In this document: positions 11,145-20,774 of the stretch, one piece after another
Layout: each line of letters starts with the position of its first letter
Position numbering within the stretch: the stretch's first letter is position 1
DNA from: Chiloscyllium plagiosum
Taxonomy: Eukaryota
Length of the DNA: 27,951 nt
Direction: 5' to 3'
Assembly: GCF_004010195.1 (NCBI RefSeq)
Contig: NC_057718.1
Span: 103,277,276-103,305,226, forward strand
Notes under the pieces: model-generated
What the model was told of the DNA's origin: nothing
The model's database searches: none
Seen by the model: the letters and a program-made list of their open reading frames with translations, nothing else
Made by a program: the position numbers and the translations under genes

Positions 11145-11781
11145 ATATAGTCACATGCTAAAAAGAATTTACAATCCTTGTTGTAACTGACCAAGGTTGG
11201 GGGCTAACAAAAATGCAGTTGATTCACCCCGTCACCTGCTCACAACAACTTAGCACCACGGATCATTTGTTGTTGATTGGAATGGGTCCATTTTAGAAGA
11301 TATACACCATCCACACAGACACTTGGTCTGAACTCTGCCTGTCGACATTTGATTAGACCCTGGAGACTTGCGACGGATGCCTTCAGCTTTGATTTCCTGT
11401 GGTTGACATGGGGTCCATTACCTTGAATACACAACACCGTCCTGAGTCTCACTGATGCCAATTCCATCAGGCATTTCAGTGTGACCTGCACCAATATTGA
11501 AGCGGGCAGACACGTGTATGATCTTAATAGCATTTTCTTTGACGTCTTGGTCTCATCCATTGGCCTGATTGTTCTAACTGTTTTCATTGTTTGCATGAAG
11601 CTGGGAGTTATCTGTAAACTGTAAACCTTTCTTGGGGATAATCTCTACTACTCACCTTTATTATTCAGGTGGTATTATTAGGTGTCATAAGCATTCTCTC
11701 TCAGCGCCAACATTTGGGAATGAGTGTTTTGGAAGTTTTACCATTTATATTTTGGCAGACAGTTTGTGCCATGGGTCTGAT

Positions 11782-12612
11782 TAACAGGATGTGACAAGTG
11801 GATCTCTGCAGGGGTTCTGGACTGGGACCTAAATCTTTTGCAATTTAGATCAATGACTTAAATGAGAGTAGCAAAGATGTGCTAGTCAAATGCACACAGC
11901 ACAACGAGACAGGAAGCAAAGAATGCTATGGGGAAGACACAGTAAGTTTGCAGATGGATATAGAGAGGTTGAGTGAATGGGCAAAAATCTGGCCGTCAGC
12001 GTATGAAGTGGGAAAGTGTAAAGTTGTTCCACTCTCACGGGAAGAACAAAGAAGCAGAGTATGACTTAAATGGGGAATGACTCGAAGATGTGGAAAGCTT
12101 GAGGTGCTCATATGCTATTACGAGGGGGCATAGCTTTAAATTAAGGGGTGGTAGGTATAGGACAGATGTTAGGGGTGGGTTCTTTACTCAGCGAGTCGTG
12201 AGTTCATGGAATGCCCTGCCAGTAGCAGTGGTGGACTCTCCCTCTTTATGGGCATTTAAGCGGGCATTGGATAGGCCTATGGAGGATAGTGGGCTAGTGT
12301 AGGTTAGGTGGGCATGGATCGGCGCAACATCGAGGGCCGAAGGGCCTGTACTGCGCTGTATTTTTCTATGTTCTATGTTCTATGTGTGAATCACAAACAG
12401 TTAGTGTGCAGGTACAACACATAGTCCAGAGCTAATGGAATGCTAGCCTTTATTATGAATGGAATTAAATATAAAAGGACAGATGTTCTGCTTCAGCTAT
12501 ACAGGGTATTGATGAGACCACATCTTGAATACTTTGCACAGTTTTGGTCTCCTTATTTAAGGAAGGATGTGAATATATTGGAGGCAGTTCAGAGGAAGTT
12601 TACTCAATTGGT
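11782..12612 (+). mobile_element. Old CR1 RT/C-terminal fragment, split by a younger CR1
   Basis: LQMDIERLSEWAKIW..VGKCKVV before the insertion and MLAFIMNGIKYKRTDVLLQLYRVLMRPHLEYFAQFWSPYLRKDVNILEAVQRKFT after it. Confidence 0.85.
12114..12384 (+). mobile_element. Young, heavily 5'-truncated CR1 3' end
   Basis: TRGHSFKLRGGRYRTDVRGGFFTQRVVSSWNALP, an intact 3' UTR (gggccgaagggcctgtactgcgctgta) and a (ttctatg/ttctatgt) repeat tail. Many CpGs are retained. Confidence 0.92.
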
Positions 12613-12770
12613 GCAAAAACAGAAAGTGCTACTTTCTAGTATCGGAATGTTAGGTGCCTTCCTCACCATAACGGGGAAAGCAGCAGTTAGTGAGGCTATG
12701 GCAACATCACATGACACAAACCTTTGTTAGCTGATAAAGCAACCACCAGGATATCAGAAATGAGTGACAA

Positions 12771-12993
12771 ACCAAAAAACTGCAGGTCCTGGAAATCAGA
12801 AACAAAATCAAAAATTGATGGAAAAGCTCAGCAGGTCTGGCAGCATCTTTGTACAAAGAAACAGCACTAATGTTTTGAGTCCAGTGATAGGTTTAAGGTG
12901 TGAGGGGAGAGATTTAAAAAGGACCTGAGGGGCAACATTTTCACACAGAAGGTGATGGGTGTTTCTGACTTGCAGCATCTGCCGGTCTTTGGT
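12771..12993. repeat. Palindromic Penelope-derived repeat whose centre is replaced by an internal CR1 fragment
   Basis: Inverted ends accaaaaaactgcaggtcctggaaatcagaaa / tttctgacttgcagcatctgccggtctttggt. Bases 12887-12962 are CR1-like and share ggggcaacattttcac exactly with 2215-2230. Confidence 0.75.
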
Positions 12994-13059
12994 ACTAGTT
13001 CAACCATGTAACAGAATCCTCGTCACTCCCATTGCTCAGATGTGAAAATGGGAGCCATA

Positions 13060-13223
13060 ATGTCGAAGTACTGGTGTTGGACTGGGGTGGACAAAGTCAG
13101 AAGTCACATGACACCAGGTTAAGTCCAACAGGTTAATTTGAAATCACAAGCTTTTGGAGCACTGTCCCTTCATCAGGTGACCTGATGAAGGAGGATGATA
13201 ACCTGGTGTCGTGTGACTTCTGA
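13060..13223. repeat. Palindromic Penelope pLTR-derived repeat with decayed hammerhead motif
   Basis: Perfect 12-bp inverted repeat ccttcatcaggt-g-acctgatgaagg at 13167-13191. Outer arms cagaagtcacatgacaccaggtta / taacctggtgtcgtgtgacttctg. The minus strand reads cac-CTGATGA-a-gggacagtgctcc-AAAA-gctt-gtg. Confidence 0.8.
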
Positions 13224-13995
13224 AGATGTAAAAAGGCATTATTTGGAATCCTTCTAACTTACCTTGCTGCCCTTGAGGTACAGAGTGGAAAATTAATCAG
13301 GCTGCTTTTGAAAAATATAATCAAGCCAAGTTCCCGGTCGTAATCAGCATTTAACAACGAAACCCAGCCACGGGTCATATTTCTCTGATTGTTTTAGATC
13401 CACGATGAGAAACAACTGTGAAATTGGGCCAGCAATGCAGCTTCTCCTCTGATGAACTTATACTGGTAACAGTGACTGACTTGAACTCTCCGTCTCGTGT
13501 TCAGAGCAATTCAAATAGTTTGCAGAGAGATTACAGCACACACAGACAAAAAAAAAATCAATGAATTATTATCCCATGCGAGCAAGAAGGACAGTTTGAG
13601 AAAATGGGCAAGCAGCACTTTAAGATACAGAGGCCAGATTGACAAAGCAGAGACAGAGAGACAGGCTGGGTGGGGGCCGGGGGGGGGGGGGAGGGAGTTC
13701 AGGCATCGGGTGATATCAGATCAACTGTGATAGATCTCTCTTGATTTTTCCACATGCATTTGAAGTCAAAGGAAGTGAAGATTATGAGAGATGAATAACA
13801 GTCCGCTGATCTGATATCACTCATTATATTCCACAGTATAAAGTGAAAATGATCCCCACTAGGTATAATCTGTAATGTTTCTGATTCACTGCTGTCATCT
13901 GAGATGATACCAAATGATAGCAGCCCAGTGATCAATGTCAGTGTCTGTTTGCTTTAAAACCTTTCACCTGGTCTTTTATTCAGAGAACAATAAAG

Positions 13996-14775
13996 TCATG
14001 AGATGGCTACAGCACAGAATGAGGCTGTTCTGCCCAATATGTCTGTGTTGGCCCTCTGTAAGAGAGAGTCAATTACCCGCGCTCCTTCACATTTACGCTG
14101 GAACTCGGCCGAATGCCTTGTCTTCACTATCCCATTTGAAGTCTGGATAGATTCTGTCTCCACTACATTGTCAGGTAGTGCATTCTGGATTGTATTCACT
14201 CACTGTGCAAAAAAAAAGGTGTTCCTCCTTTCACTGCTGGATTTTTACTTTTGTCCTGAAATCTGGATCTCAATGTTTCCATCAACAGAAGCCATTTCTA
14301 GCAATCGTAGCTAAGTGAAGTCACCACAGTCCCAGAGGACTATAGGGCTGCTGTCTCTTTAGAGAGAGAGAGAGATGACTGGTCTTGGTTTAACCTGAGG
14401 GGCACCATGCCTCAGGCAAGGGGAGAGGATGAGAAGGAGAGTCCTTCATGGTCAACTCAGCTGGCATTGGAATTGAACCCACGCTGTTGACATTACACAC
14501 CAACAGTAAAGCCAACTGAGCTAACTTCTGTTCTAGCTAAACTCCTCATTATTCTGACGGCCTATCAAATCTCTTATTTTCTTTCTCCCCTCCAAGGAGC
14601 ACAGCTCCATATTTCTTCATCTATGCATGGAACTAAAGTCCTTCATCTCTGAAACCATTCTCCACAAATCCGTCCTGCACTTTCTCGAATGTCTTCACCT
14701 CCTTCCTAAAGCGTGCTGTCCAGTCCTGGAGCCAGTACTCCAGCCGAAGTTAACCCAGTGCTCTTTCCAGGTTCA
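13996..14775 (-). mobile_element. Old CR1-type LINE 3' fragment, split by a SINE
   Basis: The minus strand gives IQNALPDNVVETESIQT (a WNALP..VVEA-like motif) plus a decayed 3' UTR. It resumes at ~14535-14775 with LEYW..WTARFRKEVKTFEKVQ-like sequence. Confidence 0.7.
14314..14525 (-). mobile_element. tRNA-derived SINE
   Basis: The minus strand starts gttagctcagttggct (Pol III A box), followed by ggttcaattcc (B box). There is an internal (GA)n tract. Confidence 0.8.
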
Positions 14776-15259
14776 CTTTCCTTCCATTTTCTTTTCGTCT
14801 TTGCCTTCTAATTCCTTTCAATTTTTTTAATGCTTCCTTCCCAGTTTCATATTCCATTCCCAAATCGTTGCTGATGGTCAGTCACCTGTTTCCTGGCTGA
14901 TCTCGGTTGATTGCAAAGATGTTTGTGTCCGGGAGCTGGACTGGACGTGTTTTCTGACTGTGTGCCTCTACATTATTGGGGTCAGCAATCTCTCGGTGTT
15001 CTTTACTGCAGTTCATTTGTAGAATTGAACACTGGGCCAGCTCTGTAGTTTGCTTCCAATTTGGACACCAACCCGCATGGGATTGCTGAGAGTTCATGCA
15101 ATCCTGAGAAAGGTTCAAGCTTTTCAAGTCTGATTTTATTTGACTATCTCAAATTTCTCTTCACAATTGGGAAAACTTAAAAACCAGGTCAAAAAACCAA
15201 CAGTTCTGATATGTATATTTCAGAATGCAAGTATAGTGCTACATGAATGAGCTTTCGCA

Positions 15260-15308
15260 TACCCTCACATCTCACACATACTCATAGTCTCACACTCACA
15301 CACTAAGA

Positions 15309-15339
<31 letters not shown>

Positions 15340-15420
15340 CTATCTACATGTATAGACTCCTGTTCCCACTCTCACTCATGCACACATCCATGTACACACA
15401 CAACCCCACACTCATTTACA
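15260..15420. repeat. (GA)n microsatellite within CA-rich low-complexity tract
   Basis: A perfect AG run at ~15307-15330, flanked by degenerate CA repeats. Confidence 0.9.
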
Positions 15421-15439
15421 GGTTGGTACTCAATAATAG

Positions 15440-15498
15440 AGCCACATGATGGGCCGATTAGCCTCCATGTGCACCGTAATCATTCTCTGATTCTGTGG
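15440..15498 (+). mobile_element. CR1/HE1-type 3' tail remnant
   Basis: gatgggccgattagcctcc..gtaatcattctctgattctgtg resembles the other CR1 tails in the window. Confidence 0.55.
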
Positions 15499-15904
15499 CT
15501 CTGGACCTCAAACTCCACTCAGAGCTATCTTGAAGTTCTTGTTTAAAATTGCTGCAGAGGGATACCTTACAGTTGTGCAAACAATTTTTGAACTTTGTTT
15601 TGACTTAGGGAGGGAGAGAAAGATTCCATTACAATATGATATTCAAGTGATGCTGATGAACTGTTCAGACGTGATTTATGTTTTTTGTGCCATGCTTTTT
15701 CCAATGAAGGAAGGCTTGCCAATCATTTTTTTCACAAAAATGTTTGCCCTTCAACCTGTGTTCATTTATTGCATTGTTTTCACTGGCATTTTCTTGAATG
15801 GATGGATATTAGTACGTTTCAGCTGTTTGCTACCACATTGTGTTGGAAGCTCTCATTCAACCAGGACAAAGGTGCACTTTGGGTCCTTAACGGCAGAGAA
15901 ATGA

Positions 15905-16110
15905 CCTTTGCACTTTGGCCTTTCTCCTTCCTTGTAAATATTTCCCCTGTCACGTGTTTGTTGAATTCCCTTTCAGAACCTGCTTCGGGAGAGTGTATTC
16001 CTGGTCACGACAACTCTCTGTGTAAAACGTGTTCCTGAACTCTCACTTCATCTTTTACCCATTACTTTAAGATGGTGTCTCCTCGTTAGTAACCCTCGTT
16101 ACACTTTCCT
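15905..16110 (-). mobile_element. Highly diverged CR1-type fragment
   Basis: 'gtattcctggtcacgacaactctctgtgtaaaa' is the reverse complement of the FFTQRVV..WN motif region. Confidence 0.55.
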
Positions 16111-16319
16111 TTGTCATGAGAAACTTTCACAGCAACAATTTACACACCCAACCTCTGAGAATTGACAACAGCTTGAGTCCTCTTCCCCTTTATTACTACA
16201 TTTCACAACGTCAATGACATGGACTTCAGTCATATCTTTAACCCCCCAAGATGTGAGAGAGAATGATAGAAAAAAAAATTTAAGATTGATAAACTTTATG
16301 TCATAGTAGGATAGAAGAT

Positions 16320-16445
16320 CAAGACTTGAGTCGAAGAGTTTCAAGGACGTTTTCGTAAAGGATAGAGACCAAGAGAGGCAGACAGCTTTCGGGATGGAGC
16401 TCCAGTATTTAGGGCCAGGCAGCTGAAGATACAGCTCCAAACATT
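16320..16445 (-). mobile_element. L2-like LINE fragment
   Basis: ggagctccagtatttagggccaggcagctgaag corresponds on the minus strand to FSCLALNTGAP, a decayed AFSxxGPxLWNxLP motif. Confidence 0.5.
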
Positions 16446-16454
16446 GCAACAATG

Positions 16455-16562
16455 TTTTAAAAATTCATTCCTGGGATGTGGGCGCCACTGTCTAGGCCAC
16501 AATTCATTGTAAATTCCTAATTTCAGATTTGGAAGTATGGTGAGCTGCATCCCCTGGTGTTG
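16455..16562 (-). mobile_element. LINE 3'-tail fragment (continues ~17423-17475 after the minisatellite)
   Basis: ttcattcctgggatgtgggcgccactg.. is similar to the SINE tail at 18721-18775. The piece after the array (tttcaagttaggatggtgaggtggcttggagtggaatct) matches 9622-9663. Confidence 0.6.
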
Positions 16563-16579
16563 TCTCAACTCAAGAATAT

Positions 16580-17383
16580 TACCCTCTGACAGTGCAGCAC
16601 TCCCTCAGCACTGACCCTCTGACAGTGCAGCACTCCCTCAGTACTGACCCTCTGACAGTGCGGCGCTCCCTCAGCACTGATCCTCTGACAGTGCGGCGCT
16701 CCCTCAGGACTGACCCTCTGACAATGCGGCCCTCCCTCAACACTGACCCTCTGACAGTGCAGCACTCCCTCAGCACTGACCCTCTGACAGTGCGGCGCTC
16801 CCTCAGCACTGACCCTCTGACAGTGCAGCACTCCCTCAGTACTGACCCTCTGACAGTGTGGCACTCCCTCACCACTGACCCTCTGACAGTGCGGCACTCC
16901 CTCAGCACTGACCCTTTGACAGTGCAGCACTCTCTCAGCACTGACCCTCTGACAGTGCGGCACTCCCTCAGCACTGACCCTTCGATAGTGCAGCACTCAC
17001 TCATTACTGACCCTCTGACAGTGCGAAACTCCCTCAGCACTGACCCTCCGACAGTGCCCAATCCCTCAGCACTGACCCTTCGATTGTGCAGCACTCACTC
17101 AGCACTGACCCTCTGACAGTGCAGCACTCACTCAGCACTGACCCTCCGACAGTGCAGCACTCACTCATTACTGACCCTCTGACAGTGCGAAACTCCCTCA
17201 GCACTGACCCTCCGACAGTGCGGCACACCCTCAGCACTGACCCTCCGACAGTGCAGCACACCCTTAGTGTTGACCCTCCAACAGTGTGGCACTCCCTCAA
17301 TACGGACCCTCCAACAGTGCGGCACCCCCTCAGCAATGATCCTCCAATAGTGCAGCACTCCCTTAGCATTGACCCTTTGACAT
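16580..17383. repeat. 33-bp minisatellite, about 24 copies
   Basis: Unit cactccctcagcactgaccctctgacagtgcag. It generates the 11-aa periodic ORFs (QHSLSTDPLTV, VLHCQRVSAEG) on both strands. Confidence 0.97.
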
Positions 17384-18061
17384 TGTGGTGTTCCTTCTGC
17401 ACCGATATGTCTGTGAAACAGTAATATAGTTTCAAGTTAGGATGGTGAGGTGGCTTGGAGTGGAATCTAAAGTGCTATTTGATGCAATGCATTTTTTGTA
17501 TTATATTGCGTGTAACTTATTCCGGACCAACTGTATTCTTATTGAGACAGACATCTTGAAGTTTGTTGACAACACTAATGATGTTTGTGGATATTACATC
17601 TTAGAGTCTGGGTACTATGTTTACTTAGATTCCTATTACATTATATTGTTGATGTACTGACAGTTGACTGGTTGATGTACTGACAGACTGCATTGAACTG
17701 CTTAACTGAACTGACTAAACTGACTGACTGCTTAAATTAAGATGGAGAGTTTTTCTAATACGCCATCATATACCATGTTGTCATCTATCTGTTTCAAGCT
17801 AAAGTACCTTTCTGAGATCTGTACTATAATACAGCAGTGGTGTGACAATCATTTGCCTCCGTTGATCTTCATAGCTGCATGCAATTAATGGGGGACCACT
17901 GCTGGGCATGAAGGATGCCGTACAAATGTAGTTATTTCTTTCTTTGCTATGTTAACTACTTCAGTCTATTTCTAAAGATATCAATATCTATGTATCCTCA
18001 CTTTAATCTTGCTCTAAATAATAGGTTAACCATGCTACTCTAAAAGTTGTCAGAGTTGTTG

Positions 18062-18221
18062 GGGTAGATTTTAATCTTCCCTTCCTGGTGGTCCTTTATA
18101 GGACCCGGCCGATTCTAATTCTAATTAAAGCTAATGGCAGGGACATTGGGCAGATTCTATCAGCAATAGACAATTTGCTTCAGCAGATTACTGCTCGGGC
18201 AGTGAAGATGAAAATCTCCTC
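18062..18221. mobile_element. Candidate MITE with 18-bp imperfect TIRs
   Basis: gggtagattttaatcttc (18062-18079) versus the reverse complement of gaagatgaaaatctcctc (18204-18221): 15/18 match. Confidence 0.5.
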
Positions 18222-18361
18222 GCCAACAGTCAGTCAGTAAATCAGGTACAATGCTTTCATCAATGCCAGGAACTGCTGCCACTCAGAGTAGCCATGGAAT
18301 GCTGACTCCACTCTGTCCAATCAGAAAGCAGAACTGGCACAGACCGCTTAAAGAAATTAAC

Positions 18362-18550
18362 CTCAGAGGTCACACGCCACCAGATTATAGGGCAATAGGT
18401 TTATTTGAAATCACAAGCTTTCGGAGCGCTGCTCCTTCACCTGGCAAAGGGTCACCGCTCCAAAAGCTCGTGATTTCAAAAAATCTGTTGGATTATGATC
18501 TACTGTCATATGACTTTGTCCATCCCAGTCCAACACCGGCACCTCCACAT
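18362..18550. repeat. Palindromic Penelope pLTR-derived repeat (same family as 13060-13223, opposite orientation)
   Basis: Arms tttgaaatcacaagctttcggagcg / cgctccaaaagctcgtgatttcaaa. The end ctttgtccatcccagtccaacacc is the near reverse complement of 13073-13096. Confidence 0.8.
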
Positions 18551-18720
18551 GAAAGAATTTAAAGCCATTTGATGGTCCTCTATTCCCTTAATCTTAATAA
18601 TGGTCTGACCTGATTGCTCTTCCAAGCTTCATAACTGTTGTAATCTTAATAAGTGTTTGCAATGTCTACCATAATTCAAATGGTAGTCTGATTTACTTAC
18701 CATAGAATGATCATTTTCCT

Positions 18721-19057
18721 TTATTTTTCCATGGGATGTGGACATTGCTGGCAAAGGCATCCCTGATTGCCCCATGAACTGAGAGGACCATTTCAGAAGG
18801 CAGGTAAGAGTCAATACATTGCTGTGGGTCTCAAGTCACATCTTGGCTAGACCAGGTAAGGAGGGCAGATTTCCTTCCCCAAAGCGTGCGTTTATACAAC
18901 AAGGGCTACATGGCCACCACAAGGTAAGATTTTAATTCCAGATTCTTTTTTTTAAACTGAATTCGGATTTTACAGTGGGATTCAAACCTCGTTCTGCAAA
19001 ACATGAACCTGGGACTCTGGGTTCCTAGTCCAATGACATGACTACTACACCACTGCC
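18721..19057 (-). mobile_element. tRNA-derived SINE with LINE-shared tail
   Basis: The minus strand starts ggcagtggtgtagtagt (A box), then ggtttgaatcc (B box). The tail is homologous to 16455-16520. Confidence 0.8.
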
Positions 19058-19759
19058 CTTAATGAAATACATACTGTAACCCCAATACCTGCTGTAATCC
19101 TGACAATTACATTATCCTGATGGATGTCCTAACATGAGCTGCAAGCACTGTGCAAGCAAGTCCAATGTTGATTGTTATCTCACTTCTAACTTAATGAAAA
19201 GGTGATTTGCAAGCAAGAACCCTGTCAATGTTAGGAATTATATCAACCTTATCAAATGTTGTACAAAGGTAATTATATACCTAAGGATGGATGTCTGCAG
19301 AAACACAATTCATAAGCAGCACCTGTCTGCTTTTAGAGAAGACCTACAAGCACACATTGATACCTGTGATAGTGCAGATAAAAACTACCTCAAAATGTAT
19401 GATACTGTTCATATCGGACAGTTCATCTATGCTTTGCAGAATTTAGAAAAGCCTTCTTGCAGTGAATGAAGCTTGCTCTATACTGATTTACAAGTGACAT
19501 GTGCCGTCTTACTGTAATTTATAGAACACAGATGGTGAGGGAGTGCCCCTGATGACTTGTGACTGAATTGGAAATGGAGACTATGTGTCATCTGCCCTGG
19601 TTACCTTTGGTGTGTTTCTCCAATCCTCCCTTCAGACGAGATTTCTCTTTCAGATAAATCCATCACAGCAATGTTGGACTGCTTTGGTGGTGTTGCACTT
19701 GGATTAAAGAGTACAGAGCCAACGTGGGTCAGTAGTGCTCAGATACAGAGCAGTGTGAT

Positions 19760-19822
19760 TTACTGAATGGTGGAACAGGCTTGATGGGCTGAATGGCCTT
19801 CTCCTGATCCTACATTCCTGTG
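19760..19822 (+). mobile_element. CR1 3' tail remnant
   Basis: tgaatggtggaacaggcttgatgggctgaatggccttctcctgatcctacattcctgtg is homologous to 11085-11140. Confidence 0.65.
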
Positions 19823-20274
19823 ACAGAATCACAGGCAGTCATGTATGTTGTTGGGGAAAGAACCTTTTCATCAAGAGTAAAAGCTTTGTAATGCAAAAGT
19901 AACTTTCATCAAGTGCACTGATGTACAAGAGTATATCATATTCATTACTTTGTGATGTGGCACAGGGAAAAGTGCTTGCAAATGAAATAATAGCTCTGCA
20001 TGTTCACATGGCCTATAATAAAGGAACTGGGTGATTTAAACCTGGCCTTGTTTCACCAAATATTTGCTCAATCTGCCTTTACAAACATTAAAAGGCATGT
20101 GAGAGATGTAAATATTCTGAGCAAATGAGTACTGTAGTTATACCTCCTCGGTTGCACCTCTGTGTTTAGAAACAGGACATGACAGCACAACATAAAATGT
20201 AACCTGTTCAGATCACTCATAGACTGAGCAGCAACATGGCAGCAAACTGATAACGATGGGGAAGAAGCTGTTCT

Positions 20275-20774
20275 NNNNNNNNNNNNNNNNNNNNNNNNNN
20301 NNNNNNNNNNNNNNNNNNNNNNNNNNNNNNNNNNNNNNNNNNNNNNNNNNNNNNNNNNNNNNNNNNNNNNNNNNNNNNNNNNNNNNNNNNNNNNNNNNNN
20401 NNNNNNNNNNNNNNNNNNNNNNNNNNNNNNNNNNNNNNNNNNNNNNNNNNNNNNNNNNNNNNNNNNNNNNNNNNNNNNNNNNNNNNNNNNNNNNNNNNNN
20501 NNNNNNNNNNNNNNNNNNNNNNNNNNNNNNNNNNNNNNNNNNNNNNNNNNNNNNNNNNNNNNNNNNNNNNNNNNNNNNNNNNNNNNNNNNNNNNNNNNNN
20601 NNNNNNNNNNNNNNNNNNNNNNNNNNNNNNNNNNNNNNNNNNNNNNNNNNNNNNNNNNNNNNNNNNNNNNNNNNNNNNNNNNNNNNNNNNNNNNNNNNNN
20701 NNNNNNNNNNNNNNNNNNNNNNNNNNNNNNNNNNNNNNNNNNNNNNNNNNNNNNNNNNNNNNNNNNNNNNNNNN
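20275..20774. other. Assembly gap (500 N)
   Basis: Exactly 500 N; a round number suggests an arbitrary scaffolding spacer. Confidence 0.99.

Noticed and set aside
14465..14525. tRNA gene
   Set aside because: A and B boxes are present, but there is no full cloverleaf and the sequence continues into a SINE body.
16565..17435. Long periodic ORFs on both strands; possible repeat protein, zinc-finger array or CRISPR-like array
   Set aside because: They are by-products of a stop-poor 33-bp tandem unit. There are no unique spacers, no cas genes and no C2H2 spacing.
17648..17735. 16-bp direct repeat gttgatgtactgacag followed by ACTG-rich repeats
   Set aside because: Ordinary local slippage; too short to indicate a TSD or an array.
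19287..19469. 60-aa ORF with a protein-like composition
   Set aside because: No recognisable domain and no convincing splice sites; the length is within chance expectation.
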